Shown here: in pieces, positions 23,527-36,600 of the stretch
Layout of the letters: each line of letters opens with the position of its first letter
Numbering within the stretch: position 1 is the first letter of the stretch
NCBI GenBank assembly: GCA_977017575.1
Contig: CDRNVI010000182.1
Span: 121,269-185,268 of the forward strand
DNA: 64,000 nt
Direction of reading: 5' to 3'
Origin: Paramoeba atlantica
Lineage: Eukaryota > Protista > Discosea
The notes under the pieces: model-generated
What the model saw: the letters and a program-made list of their open reading frames with translations, nothing else
Told to the model about the DNA's origin: nothing
Database searches by the model: none
Position numbers and translations under genes: made by a program

Positions 23527-26470
23527 TAAATAAATCAAATAAATTGTAAAATTGAGTAAAATATTCAATTGTATTTGTAACTTGTTTGGAAATGAACTTT
23601 TAAACATCAAAAACTGAATAACAATTTTCTAAAAATGAAAATAATACAAATAAACATTGAAAAAGTGATTGGAAAATAATCAAAAACAAAGGGAAATATG
23701 TTTTTTTTTTTGTAAATAAATCAAATAAATTGTAAAATTGTGTAAAAAGTACAATTTTATTTGTAACTTGTCTGGAAATGAACTTTTAAACATCAAAAAC
23801 TAAATAACAATTTTCTAAAAAATGAAAATAATACAAATATTGAATTATACATTGAAAAAAGTGATTGGGAAATAATCAAAAACAAAGGGAAATATATTTT
23901 TTTTTTTGTAAATAAATCAAATAAATTGTAAAATTGAGTAAAATATTCAATTTTATTTGTAACTTGTTTGGAAATGAACTTTTAAACATCAAAAACTGAA
24001 TAACAATTTTCTAAAAATGAAAATAATACAAATAGACATTGAAAAAAGTGGTTGGAAAATGATCAAAAACAAAGGGAAATATGTTTTTTTTTTTGTAAAT
24101 AAGTCAAATAAATTGTAAAATTGTGTAAAAAGTACAATTTTATTTGTAACTTGTTTGGAAATGAACTTTTAAACATCAAAAACTAAATAACAATTGAGAA
24201 AAAATGAAAATAGAAAATAATACAAATAAACATTGAAAAAAGTGGTTGGAAAATAATCAAAAACAAAGGGAAATATGTTTTTTTTTTTGTAAATAAATCA
24301 AATAAATTGTAAAATTGTGTAAAAAGTACAATTTTATTTGTAACTTGTCTGGAAATGAACTTTTAAACATCAAAAACTAAATAACAATTTTCTAAAAAAT
24401 GAAAATAATACAAATATTGAATTATACATTGAAAAAAGTGATTGGGAAATAATCAAAAACAAAGGGAAATATATTTTTTTTTTTGTAAATAAATCAAATA
24501 AATTGTAAAATTGAGTAAAATATTCAATTTTATTTGTAACTTGTTTGGAAATGAACTTTTAAACATCAAAAACTGAATAACAATTTTCTAAAAATGAAAA
24601 TAATACAAATAGACATTGAAAAAAGTGGTTGGGAAATGATCAAAAACAAAGGGAAATATGTTTTTTTTTTTGTAAATAAGTCAAATAAATTGTAAAATTG
24701 TGTAAAAAGTACAATTTTATTTGTAACTTGTTTGGAAATGAACTTTTAAACATCAAAAACTAAATAACAATTGAGAAAAAATGAAAATAGAAAATAATAC
24801 AAATAAACATTGAAAAAAGTGGTTGGAAAATAATCAAAAACAAAGGGAAATATGTTTTTTTTTTTGTAAATAAATCAAATAAATTGTAAAATTGTGTAAA
24901 AAGTACAATTTTATTTGTAACTTGTCTGGAAATGAACTTTTAAACATCAAAAACTAAATAACAATTTTCTAAAAAATGAAAATAATACAAATATTGAATT
25001 ATACATTGAAAAAAGTGATTGGGAAATAATCAAAAACAAAGGGAAATATATTTTTTTTTTTGTAAATAAATCAAATAAATTGTAAAATTGAGTAAAATAT
25101 TCAATTTTATTTGTAACTTGTTTGGAAATGAACTTTTAAACATCAAAAACTGAATAACAATTTTCTAAAAATGAAAATAATACAAATAGACATTGAAAAA
25201 AGTGGTTGGGAAATGATCAAAAACAAAGGGAAATATGTTTTTTTTTTTGTAAATAAGTCAAATAAATTGTAAAATTGTGTAAAAAGTACAATTTTATTTG
25301 TAACTTGTTTGGAAATGAACTTTTAAACATCAAAAACTAAATAACAATTGAGAAAAAATGAAAATAGAAAATAATACAAATAAACATTGAAAAAAGTGGT
25401 TGGAAAATAATCAAAAACAAAGGGAAATATGTTTTTTTTTTTGTAAATAAATCAAATAAATTGTAAAATTGTGTAAAAAGTACAATTTTATTTGTAACTT
25501 GTCTGGAAATGAACTTTTAAACATCAAAAACTAAATAACAATTTTCTAAAAAATGAAAATAATACAAATATTGAATTATACATTGAAAAAAGTGATTGGG
25601 AAATAATCAAAAACAAAGGGAAATATATTTTTTTTTTTGTAAATAAATCAAATAAATTGTAAAATTGAGTAAAATATTCAATTTTATTTGTAACTTGTTT
25701 GGAAATGAACTTTTAAACATCAAAAACTGAATAACAATTTTCTAAAAATGAAAATAATACAAATAGACATTGAAAAAAGTGGTTGGGAAATGATCAAAAA
25801 CAAAGGGAAATATGTTTTTTTTTTTGTAAATAAGTCAAATAAATTGTAAAATTGTGTAAAAAGTACAATTTTATTTGTAACTTGTTTGGAAATGAACTTT
25901 TAAACATCAAAAACTAAATAACAATTGAGAAAAAATGAAAATAGAAAATAATACAAATAAACATTGAAAAAAGTGGTTGGAAAATAATCAAAAACAAAGG
26001 GAAATATGTTTTTTTTTTTGTAAATAAATCAAATAAATTGTAAAATTGTGTAAAAAGTACAATTTTATTTGTAACTTGTCTGGAAATGAACTTTTAAACA
26101 TCAAAAACTAAATAACAATTTTCTAAAAAATGAAAATAATACAAATATTGAATTATACATTGAAAAAAGTGATTGGGAAATAATCAAAAACAAAGGGAAA
26201 TATATTTTTTTTTTTGTAAATAAATCAAATAAATTGTAAAATTGAGTAAAATATTCAATTTTATTTGTAACTTGTTTGGAAATGAACTTTTAAACATCAA
26301 AAACTGAATAACAATTTTCTAAAAATGAAAATAATACAAATAGACATTGAAAAAAGTGGTTGGGAAATGATCAAAAACAAAGGGAAATATGTTTTTTTTT
26401 TTGTAAATAAGTCAAATAAATTGTAAAATTGTGTAAAAAGTACAATTTTATTTGTAATTTGTCTGGAAAT
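23527..26470 (+). repeat. AT-rich ~190-bp satellite with a 577-bp trimeric higher-order repeat
   Basis: Monomer starts (TAAATAA[A/G]TC) at 23527, 23713, 23909, 24096, 24290, 24486, 24673, 24867, 25063, 25250, 25444, 25640, 25827, 26021, 26217, 26404. After a first 186-bp unit, lengths cycle 196/187/194. Confidence 0.97.
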
Positions 26471-28068
26471 CTCTTCTCCCTCTATTAGAAAACTTATAAG
26501 AAATATCAAAAGATGTGGATTAAATTGATTCAACAAGTAGGAGAGAGTATAAAATTCCCTAATTTCTTTGGAGAAAGCTAATTGTATTTGATTCCCAAGG
26601 TTGAGAACATTTCTTGCTTTAACCAGTTCAGACTTATAAGTGTAACAAACTCTGATTATTGAATTGTAATGCAATATTAAGCTCTTTGGTTTTCTGAAAT
26701 TGCAAGTGAAGTAATCTTTGATACTCAACATGCAATGTTTAAGGGGAAATCAATTAATGCAGCTGTGAAAACAATTTATGATGTCTTCTATGAAACTTTG
26801 GCCAATAAACAAAATATTATTCTTCCAAACTGACTTCTACAAGGCTTATGATTATGTAAACTGTGATGCTCTAATTCACATCTTGAAGAGATTGAAGGCT
26901 TCTTTCCAAGCTATCTTTGTAATTGAGAAAGTACTCCACCCCTCTAAAACTTGGTTACCCTCAATTGAAGGGAAACCTAGCTCCTCTCCAGCTAACTTTA
27001 TTACCAGTAGAACTGAAGTTCAACAAGGCTGCCCAATCTCCCCTCTTCTCTTCTTAATTATCTTTGATTTATTGCTGGTGAGCCTCAACAAGAACCACCC
27101 TCTTGAGAAGCTCTTTGGTTTCATGGATGACCTTGGACTACTCTTGAAAAAAGTTAACACCATTAACCTCTTGATCCCCACTTTTCAGAAGTATAAAAAG
27201 GCAACTGGTGCTCTCTTGAATTACTCAAAGTGCTTTGTTTTGATAACTCAAATGTATAAACCTTCTGGCCCTTGGTCTGCAATGCCCAAAACCAACTTTA
27301 AAAGCAATGAGATAACTTATTTAGGTGTGTGAATAAGCTGTAAGATGGAATTAAAGAAGGATTGATTTAAAGTATGTGAAAAGATGCAAGGAGTAAGTAA
27401 GGCCATTAAAAATCAAGGAGGGCCCTTTGCAGTAAAAGTAAGGATAATTAACACCTACTTAATTCCCTGTATGGGTTACTTGGCCTGCTTTAAACTTATC
27501 CTCCAATCTATATCTGTGATAGTATGGAAACTCATTCAAGCTGCCTTGGGAGCATATGCCAATCTAAAAACCACCATTCTGACTGCTTGCCATTCTCTTA
27601 TGGGTAGTAAATGTCAGGTTCACCATTTCATTCTCTTCAATTGTGCTCTTTTTATCTCTTATAAACCTTTAAGTTATGAATACAAGAATCTCTTGGCCAT
27701 TGGAGCTATGAGACTTGATGCTTACTCTGCTGCTTCAAAAATCTCTAAAGAAGTGACTTTGGGAGGCTTAACCAAAACAAACTATAATTCCCTTTCTCAT
27801 CAAGTACCTATTGTGCTTGAAGATATCTACCAAGAGGATGGAAAGATCAAATGTATTGTCTACAACTTAGCTTATACTTTTAAACCTCAGCTCCAATGAA
27901 ATCTTACCAAATTCTTGATTCATGATCTCTCTATAATGGATAAGATCTCCCATTTTACTTTGAAACCTCCTACCTGTTGATTATGTAAGAAAGAAAAAGA
28001 ATCTTAAACCCACCTCCTTGAAACTTGTATTTGTGCTAAAAGCTACCTTGAGAAGATGGAATGAAGCT

Positions 28069-28390
28069 AATTGTGGCATAATGGCTTAGTTGGTAAAATA
28101 ACTATTGCTTCAATTCAGGGTTACAGGTTCAAATCCCAAAGAAGAAAATATTAAAAATATTATTTTTTCTTCTTGCTCACTTGAATATGAAAAATGGAAT
28201 AGGTTATTCTCTGCCCTATTTGCTAAAAAGCAGAGAATAAATTCCCTGAAAAGGAGTTTAAGTGAATTAAAGGTCTTTGAACCATTTAAATCTAAAGAAG
28301 TGAAACTCTATCCTTATTATTTTTAACCTTAAAAAATTAGTGGCTTTGGGTTAGACTATTACCTAATAAAGTCCAGTGTTAAAAAGAAAA
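28069..28390 (+). mobile_element. tRNA-derived SINE, family A
   Basis: AATT-GTGGC head with A-box TGGCTTAGTTGG and B-box GGTTCAAATCCC. Tail AATAAAGTCCAGTGTTAAAAAGAAAA. Degenerate ~16-bp TSD aagatggaatgaagct / aagatgggacaaagct. Confidence 0.9.
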
Positions 28391-29182
28391 AAGATGGGAC
28401 AAAGCTGCATAAAGTTGAAACTTCCATCTTGAGAATCCTCTTTCTTTGTGTGTGAACTTACTGTTCAATACTGCTCAAACCTCTTCACCTCAATAGTGAG
28501 TGCTGTCTTACTTACACTGTGAATAACTGTGTGTGCTGAAAGATCTCAATTTGCTGAGTATGCTATTGATATCTTTTACAAAATCTTAAAAAAGAACAAA
28601 TTCCTTCCCAAACCTCTTTGTAAAAACCCAACCTCTGCAAAGAAAAAGAGAGAGATTGAAAAGTTCAAGTTTAAAGACTTACAAGTTTTCTATGATGGTT
28701 CAAGTTGTACTGATTCTCACCTTGGTGGTGCTAGCTATGCTATTTTCAGAGATGGAAAGGAAATTCTGATTGATGTTGAAACTATTTTCTTTAGTACAAA
28801 TAATGTTAATGAATTCAAAAGCTGTCTCTTGAGATTAAAGAGTGCAAGAGGTTTGGGTTCTCATATCTAAATTGTTGGTGATTATATGATATTAATTAAG
28901 GCAGTTTCTAAGAATCACAATATTAGTAACCATGAACTTAACCTCCTGTTGATTGAGATTAGAGCAACTGCTGTTAGATTTGAAAATATTGAATTTATTC
29001 ATATTTTTTATAAACTCAACAAACATACTGATGCTATTGCTACTGCTGTTAGTTGGTCAGTTATGGATGGAATAGCTGCTGTTAATGATCTCAAATGGAA
29101 TCCTTGTATTAGATAAGTTGGAAAAACTGAAGAAAAATGGATTGTTGATAACTCTTTTTTATAGACTAAACTAAACAACCCC

Positions 29183-29506
29183 AATTGTGGCATGATGGCT
29201 TAGTTGATAAAATAGCTATTGCTTCAATTTGGGGTTGTAGGTTCAAATTCCAAAGAAGAAAATATTAAAAATATTATTTTCTCTTCTTACTCACTTGAAT
29301 GTGAAAAACAGAACAGGTTATTCTTTACTCTATCTACTAAAAAGCAGAGAATAAAGTTCCTGAGAAGGAGTTTAAGTGAATTAAAGGTCTTTGGACCATT
29401 TAAACCTAAAGAAGTGAAACTCTATCCTCATTATCTTTAACCTTAAAAAATTAATAGCTTTGGGTTAGATCATTACCTAATAAAGTCTAGTGTTAAAAAG
29501 AAAAAA
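29183..29506 (+). mobile_element. tRNA-derived SINE, family A
   Basis: Same head and tail. Degenerate TSD taaactaaacaacc / taaattgaacaact. The empty site is visible in the LINE paralog at ~39830. Confidence 0.88.
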
Positions 29507-29975
29507 TAAATTGAACAACTTCCTTAAGTATAATTAAAGTTATTCTATCCCTTTTTCTACACTCTTGAGGAAATTTCAAGGTTTAGTGATTACAATTCAA
29601 GTGGTATACTTCTCCAAACCTCTCTCTTTTGATGGAACCTTGATAACACCTGTAGCCCTTTCTAAAAACCTCTATAATATATATTCTACTTCAATCCTAA
29701 GTGACAAGTTATATGAAAGTATGTTGGATAATAAAAAGAACAGAAAGAAAAGAAAAAAAAAAAAAAAGATATGTAATCTTTAAAGAAGGTAAACTTTCTC
29801 CAAGTGATGATGAAGATTAACTAACTATTTTAAAAATTAATTAATTTAAATATTATTAACCATGTCTATGTTACCAATTGGTAAAACCTAAACTATCTTT
29901 TCTATCTATATGATGGTTTTTTACTTTAATAAATTAATAGCATTTTCTGATGTTTAGTGGAAAAAAAAAAAGAAT

Positions 29976-32110
29976 AGAAGGCAGGAACTAGCTGCTATTT
30001 TTTTACAGATCTTGAGTTTTTCTTTATTTTGAAGCTTGTTTATATTCCAGGAGAGAACTTTCAAGTTAGGGAAACAAGAAAAACATTGAATTTGGAGTAA
30101 ATTAAGAGGGTTAGATTTCAGAGAGAGGATTTGAAAATCACAAAGTCTCTCTTGGGGGAAAGGGGAGTTGAGGGAGGTGGGGGGAATAGAAAGTTGAGAA
30201 ATTAGTTGGGACTTATTGACAACCATCAAAGGAGAGGGTTGAAGTTGAGCATCAAATCTCAAGGGGGGAGATTAAAGGAATCCATACTTTTTGATATTTT
30301 GATTATTCTTTTTTTCTTTTTTTTTCTTTTTGTTCACCATCTTTCACTCTATCTTCTGGTATTTCTTTCTTTTTTTTTTAATTAACTTCCAACTTAGAAC
30401 TTTTTTTCAACTTTTTTCCTTTTTTTTCTGGTTTTTTCTTTTTTTTTTTTCCTTTTTTTCTTTAAACTTTTCCTCTTTTCCTTTTAAACAATAGAAAAGC
30501 TTTCCTGAGGGTCATTTGGGGATGATTTTAAGCTTCCATCAAGACTGGCATCCCAAGAACAAGAGGGAAAGGGAGAATCAGCAATTTTTTGGCCATTGCC
30601 AGAATGAGAACCAAATGAAAAAGTTGAAAATTCATGTTCATCTAAATTACTAAAAAAGATAATGTTTTTTTGATTTTGTAGACCAGTAACAATGTTCTTT
30701 TTTTGGGTTATTTTTTTAGCTTGTGATCCAGGAACTCCATCAAGGACATTTTTGGAGAGAGGGACACTCTGGACACCAGTGAAAGAAGCAAGGAAAGGGA
30801 CACCAGTGGAGGAAGAAGGGGAAGTAACATTAGTGGAAGGAGAAGGGAAGGGGACATCAGTGGAGGGAGAAGAGAAAGAAACACCTCTAGAATTTCTCAT
30901 CCTGTTATTTTTTTCCTTCCCTGCAAGAATGGTTTTGGAAATTATATTCAATTTTTTAGCTTCTAACATTTTGTTTGTATTGCCTTTCAATTTCTTTTTG
31001 CTTTGCCTTACTTTTTCTCTATCTTTATTGATTATTTCTCTTGTTTCTTCTGCTGATAATTGTCTTGGTCTTTTCTTGAATTTAGCTGTGTTTGAAGTAA
31101 TAAATTGAACTGTTTCAATTAAAACTTATTGAAGCTTTTTGTTCAGTAATTTATATTTGCTATTTTCAAGGTTTGTAACTATTTTTTTTAGTTTTTTCAT
31201 TCCCTGCTTCCACCTGAATTGGGTTGGAAGATTCCCCAGCCATGCTCAAGCTTTCTCACTCATACCAAAACTTATTTCCTCAATCTCTCCTCCTTCCAAA
31301 AGGATTTTCACTGTGACTGACCCATCACTCTTCTCTTCTTTCTTGTTTTCTTCCTTACTATTAGTCTTTCTTCTTTTGATTATAATTATATCTCCATCAC
31401 CATCCTCTTTTCTTCTTTTCTGTTCATTCACTTCCCTCTTTCTTTGTTCATTCTTACCTTGTGTTTTAGAACCTTTGCTCATTTCTTTCTTCTCACTCTC
31501 CATTTCAGCAATTTTATCTTTTTCCTTAAGGCATTGTTCTTTAGTTGATGTTTCTTTTTCATCAATAAATTTCATTTCTTCATACTTCTTTGCATTTGTG
31601 ATCATGATTTGATCTTTCTCAAGACTAAAGCTTTGTTGCTCTTCTTCAAAAAGCTTGCTGATGGCATCCTCTCCTTGTTTCTGGATGATCTCTACAGTGC
31701 AAGTAAGGCTTGTAAGATGGTTTACCCCACAGAGGGGGCACTCAATAAGGAGGTGGTATGGTTTGGTTGGTGTTCAAATGGAACACTTGGCTTTAATCAA
31801 AATATTGATTTGGATGAATTTTTTGGTCTTGACAATAAGGCAAACTAGAGAAAGGGGAATGGATTTGTAGAAGATGATGATGCAGTCTTCAGAGACTTGT
31901 ACCACTTCTTTGAAATTGAGAGAGGGAAGGTGGTTCTCTATTGAATAAATTGTAAATCCACTCATTCTCTGAAATTTGAAAAGAGAGTTTGATCTTGATC
32001 CCCCACAAATGGGCATCATGATTAACTCTCCAAATACAAGAACTCTTGAGTTGGTTGGTGATCAGGTTTTCTTTCTTTTTAATAATAGATTGGATCATGA
32101 AGATATCCTC
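29976..32110 (-). mobile_element. LINE fragment: ORF1 C-terminal two-thirds plus start of the APE endonuclease
   Basis: ORF1 blocks homologous to 33870..35117 (IIIFYKSIPLSLV, zinc knuckle ECPLCGVNH, acidic/basic tract). Endonuclease start LKVLSWNINKLQN at ~30060. Confidence 0.85.
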
Positions 32111-32115
32111 CTTCT

Positions 32116-32660
32116 TCTAAAAAAAAAACCCTTAGAAATCATCTGAGGGTTCTTTTTTGCTGATATTTTCTCTTTTTCAAGTTTGCTGTGGTAGAAGACC
32201 ACCCCACAGGGAGCTGAGCATATCTGCTGATAGTTCTCAACTTACTCTATCCAATTATGTTTTCCAAAAGCTTTAACTTGTTTTTCAACAGAGTTGCTGG
32301 AGGAAATGCTAATTCAATACTACTATTTTTGAAAAAAGCAGTCTCAAATATGAACCAAATGATTGCTAAGCTTTGGGAGATGATTGATATTAAGAATGCC
32401 TTCCTTTCCACTCACCTTGCTACCAAATTCAACTTGTCTCTCATTAAAGGAGCCAGAGTATGCCCCCTCTCCCCAGTAGAAGCTTTTGCCTTCTCCAATG
32501 AGATTCCTACCTTCCCCAACTTCCTGAGAGCTATTGAAAGTCAAACCAACCTCAAGAGAAGTATTAGAGTGGAGGCAAGAACCAAACACTATGCCATCCT
32601 TGCCCACAAGGAGGAAGATAGCTTTATGATCCAATCTATTATTGAAGAGAAAGGAAACTA
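32116..32660 (+). mobile_element. LINE 5' end and ORF1 N-terminus (inverted relative to 29976-32110)
   Basis: A10-CCCTTAG 5' terminus and ORF MFSKSFNLFFNRVAGGN...EEKGN. It overlaps by ~45 nt of element sequence with the start of the adjacent minus-strand piece. Confidence 0.85.
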
Positions 32661-32897
32661 AAAAAAAAAAAAACCCTTAGAAGTTATCTGAGGGTTCTTT
32701 TTTGCTATTATCTTCCCTTTCTCAAGTTTGCTGTGGTAGAAAACCACCCCACAGGAAGTTGAGCATATCTGCTGATAGCTCTCAACTTACTCTATCCAAT
32801 TATATCCTCCAAAAGCTCTAACTTGTCTTTCAGCAGAGTTGCTGGAGGAAACACTAATTCAACACCATTATTCCTGAAAAAAACAGTTCCAGGTATG

Positions 32898-33567
32898 TGT
32901 GAGAATAGATGTGAGGAGGGGAGCAGAATCAACAGAGAAAACAAGAGAAAAGAAAGAGAAACAGAAACTTTGAATTAAAACCTTTATAAGAAGGATCTCC
33001 AGCCAACACTAACAGAACAAGAAAACAACAACAAGGAAACAAAAAAGCAAAAAGAAGAACAACAAAAGGAATCACAACTGAGAAAAGCACAGAATTGCTG
33101 AAACTCAACTTAAATCAGAATCCCAAGTCAACACAGCAACCAAAGAAGGAAGAAAGCAACAAAAGATGATAACAACAAAAGAAAAAAACAGAAAGCAAGC
33201 AAAGCAAGCCAAAAAATCACAAAGGAAAGCAGAAAAAAAGAGAGAAAGTGACAAGAAAGCAGAAAAAAGGTAGAAAGCAGCAAAGCAGCAAGAAAAAGGG
33301 GGCAAAACACAAACATGAAAATTGAATAAAAAGAGCACAAAAAATCTCATGATTTTAGCTAAAATTATAATAAAATGGCACATGGCTGTCTGTGAGGCTC
33401 AGAGCTCTCTGAAAGGACTAAAACTCATGATAAAAGGCATTAAGGAAGCTCAGAGAAGGCTCAAGGAGGCTCAAGGAAGCCTGGAGAAGCTCAGGGAAGG
33501 TTCTAAAGGCACTGAAAAGGCACTGAAAGGCACAACTTCTGTATTGGAAGCAGGTCTCACTCCAACA
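32898..33567. mobile_element. Solo LTR (670 bp) inserted in a LINE 5' fragment (32660-33637)
   Basis: TGTGAG...CCAACA with 4-bp TSD TATG (32894-32897 / 33568-33571). The empty site ccaggtatgaaccaaac is seen at ~33865. Confidence 0.9.
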
Positions 33568-33637
33568 TATGAATCAAACAATTGCTAAGCTTTAGGAGAT
33601 GATTGATATAAAGACTCTGAAAATCATATAGTAGACT

Positions 33638-36600
33638 TAAAAAAAAAATCCTTAGGAATCATTTGAGGGTTCTTTTTTGCTGTTATCTTCCCTTTCTCAA
33701 GTTTGCTGTGGTAGAAAACCACCCCACAGGGAGCTGAGCATATCTGCTAATAGCTCTCAACTTACTCTATCCAATTATATCCTCCAAAAGCTTTAACCTG
33801 TCCTTCAGCAGAGTTGCTGGAGGAAACACTAATTCAGCACCATTATTTCTGAAAAAAGCAGTCCCAGGTATGAACCAAACAATTGCCAAGCTTTGGGAGA
33901 TGATTGATATTAAGAATGCCTCCCTGTCCACTTGCCTTGCTACCAAACTCAACCTGTCTCTCATCAAAGGAGCCAAAGTATGCCCCCTCTTCCTAGTAGG
34001 AGCTTTTGCCTTCTCCAATGAGATCTCTATCTTCCCCAACTTCCTGAAAGCTATTGAAAGCCAAACCAACCTCAAGGGAAGTATTAGAGTGGAGGCAAAG
34101 GCCAAACACTATGCTATCCTTGCCCACAAAGAGGAAGATGTTCTCATGATCCAATCTGTTATTGAAGAGAAAGGAAATCTGATCACCAACCAACTTGAAA
34201 GTTCCTGTATTTGGAGAATCAATCATGATGCCCATTTGTGGGGGATCAAGATCAGACTCCCTTACCAAGTCTCAGAGAATGAGTGGATTTACAATTTATT
34301 CAATGAAGAGGACTGCCTTCCCTCTCTCAATCTTAAAGAAGTAGTACAAGTCTCTGATGACTGCATCATCATCTTCTATAAGTCCATCCCCCTCTCTCTA
34401 GTCTGGCTTATTGCCAAGACCAAAGGATTCATCCGAATCAACACCTTGATCAAAGCCAAGTGTTCCATTTGGATGCCTACCAAACCATACCACCTCCTTG
34501 TTGAGTACCCCCTATGTAGGGTGAACCATCTTGCAAGCCTTACTTGCACAGTAGAGATCATCCGGAAACAAGGAGAAGATGCTATTAGCAAGCTTTTCAA
34601 AGATGAGCAACAAAGCCCTAGTCTTGAGAAAGACCAAATCATGATCACAAACACAAAGAAGTATGAAGGAATGAAATTTATTTATGAAAAAGAAATGCCA
34701 ACTGAAGAACAGGTCCTCAAGGAAAAAGATGAAATTGCTGGAACAGAGAGTGAGGAGGAAGGAATGAGCAATGGCTCTGAAATGGAAGGTAAGAACGAAC
34801 AAGGAAAAAGGGAAGTGAATGAACAGGAAAAAAGGGAAGAAGATGGAGACAGAGATATAATTATGATTGGAGGGAGAGAGGCTGACAGTGAGAAAGAAAG
34901 TGAGGAAGAGGGGAAGAAGGATGGGTCAGTCACAGTGAAAGTCCCCTTGGAAGGAGGAAAGATTGAAGAAATGAGTTTTGGTATGAGTGAGGAAGCCTGG
35001 GCATGGCTGGGGGATCTCCCAACCAAATTTGGGTGGAAGCAGGAATTGAAAGAACTTAAAAAAACAGTTACAAACCTTGAAAATGGGAAATATAAATTAC
35101 TGAACGAAAAACTTTAACAAGTTTTGATTGAAACAGTTAAATTTATTGTTTCAAACATGGCCAGATTCAGGAAAAGACTGAGACAATTATCAGTTGAAAA
35201 AATAGGGAAAATAATCAATAAAGATAAGGAGAAAGTGAGGCAAAGCAAAAAGAAATTGAAAGACAACACAGACAAAATGGTGAAGACCAAAAAATCAATT
35301 AATTCCTGAAAATATCCCCCGTCCTGACCAATTTTGACCAATCAGTGTTACCAATTCAGATTATCAGATTGTGATGAGATATTGGGCAAAATGACTGATG
35401 GAGATTGCAAGTAGAGTAATTTCTAAAGAACAGCATGTGATGTTTAAGGGGAGGTCAATTGATGAAGCAGTGGAATCAGTGTATGACTCTTTTTACAAAG
35501 CTCTGGCAGAAGGGAAAGATGTGACCCTCCTCCAAACAGACTTTTGCAAGACATATGATTATGTGAATCGTGATGCACTTTTTCATATTCTCAAAGGTTT
35601 GAACACCCCCCCTCAAGCGATCTATATTGTTGAGAAGGTGCTTCGAGAATCTGTAACCTGGCTGCTGAATATTGGTGGATCCAAGAGGGGAGGCAACAAT
35701 GAATCAATCCAAAGTCAAACTGGTGTTAGATAAGGATGCTTGATCTCCCCCCTTTTGTTTGTAATTGTGTTTGACATCCTCCTGGTGAGCTTGAAGAAGG
35801 AATACAACCCCCAAAACCTATCAGGCTTTATGGATGACTTGGGGATGGTGATTCAGAAAGCTGAAACCATCAATTCTCTCACTCCAACCTTCAAGAAATA
35901 TGAAGAAGCAACTGGAGCTAAACTGAACTTTAATAAGTGCTTTGTCCTCTCAACTGAGTCTTTCAAACCTGTAGGCCCCTGGGCTGAGATGGCAAGATCC
36001 AATTACTGTGGTGATGAAACTGTATATCTGAGAGTGAGGTTGAGTAAATGGTTATTTCCTCTTAAGGATTGGGAGAAAGTGATCCTAAAGATGAAGAAAG
36101 TTGGAGCAGCAATCAAAAAAAGGGGTGGCAATTTTTGCTCGAGAATAAGGATGGTCAATACCTATCTAACTCCATGCATGGGATATTTAGTGAGATTCAA
36201 ACTGATTCCAAAATCTGTTGCCTCCTTGATGTGGAAATCCATCCACTCAGCTCTGGGTGCCTATGCCAACACAAAAACCTCCATTCTTACCTTATGCTAT
36301 CCTCCCTTGGACTCAAACCCCCAACTGTGCCATCCAATTGTTTTTAACTGGGCCCTCCTCACTTCTCATCCACCAATGAGGAGTGATTATTAGAGTCCTC
36401 TTTCCATTGGAGCCATGTGAAAGGATGCCCTTTTTGCAGCCCAAAGCCTCTCTGCCAAAGTTGTGTTTGGTCAGACCACTCAAGTTGCTTATTCCAATAT
36501 GTCTCAAGTGATCCCCATTGAAATCAAGGATCTGTATGTGGGTGAAGGAAGAGCTGAGTGTGTGGTGTACAACTTGGCACATGCAATTAGACCCCAACTT

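Larger units (their letters stand above)
26468..29975 (+). mobile_element. 5'-truncated L1/Tx1-like LINE, ORF2 pseudogene: RT, zinc finger, RNase H, 3' tail
   Basis: Motifs FQTDFYKAYDYV, VQQGCPISPLLF, LFGFMDDLG, and RNase H VFYDGS...NNVNEFKSCL...GD...IHIFYKLNKHTDAIA. Ends AATAAA...GATGTTTAGTGG-A11. The 5' end joins the satellite through TGGAAAT microhomology. Confidence 0.92.

Noticed and set aside
26297-26731. 144-aa ORF present twice (also 62736..63170)
   Set aside because: It is the antisense of a LINE RT fragment running into satellite DNA. It is duplicated only because of the inverted repeat.
26778-27332. RT as a bacterial group II intron, retron or defence-associated RT
   Set aside because: It is linked to an APE endonuclease, ORF1, poly(A) tails and SINE partners, which marks a eukaryotic non-LTR retrotransposon.
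28069-28140. tRNA-like sequence with A and B boxes (also at every SINE head)
   Set aside because: No complete acceptor stem or cloverleaf. It continues into a shared body with an A-tail and TSDs, so it is a SINE head and not a tRNA gene.
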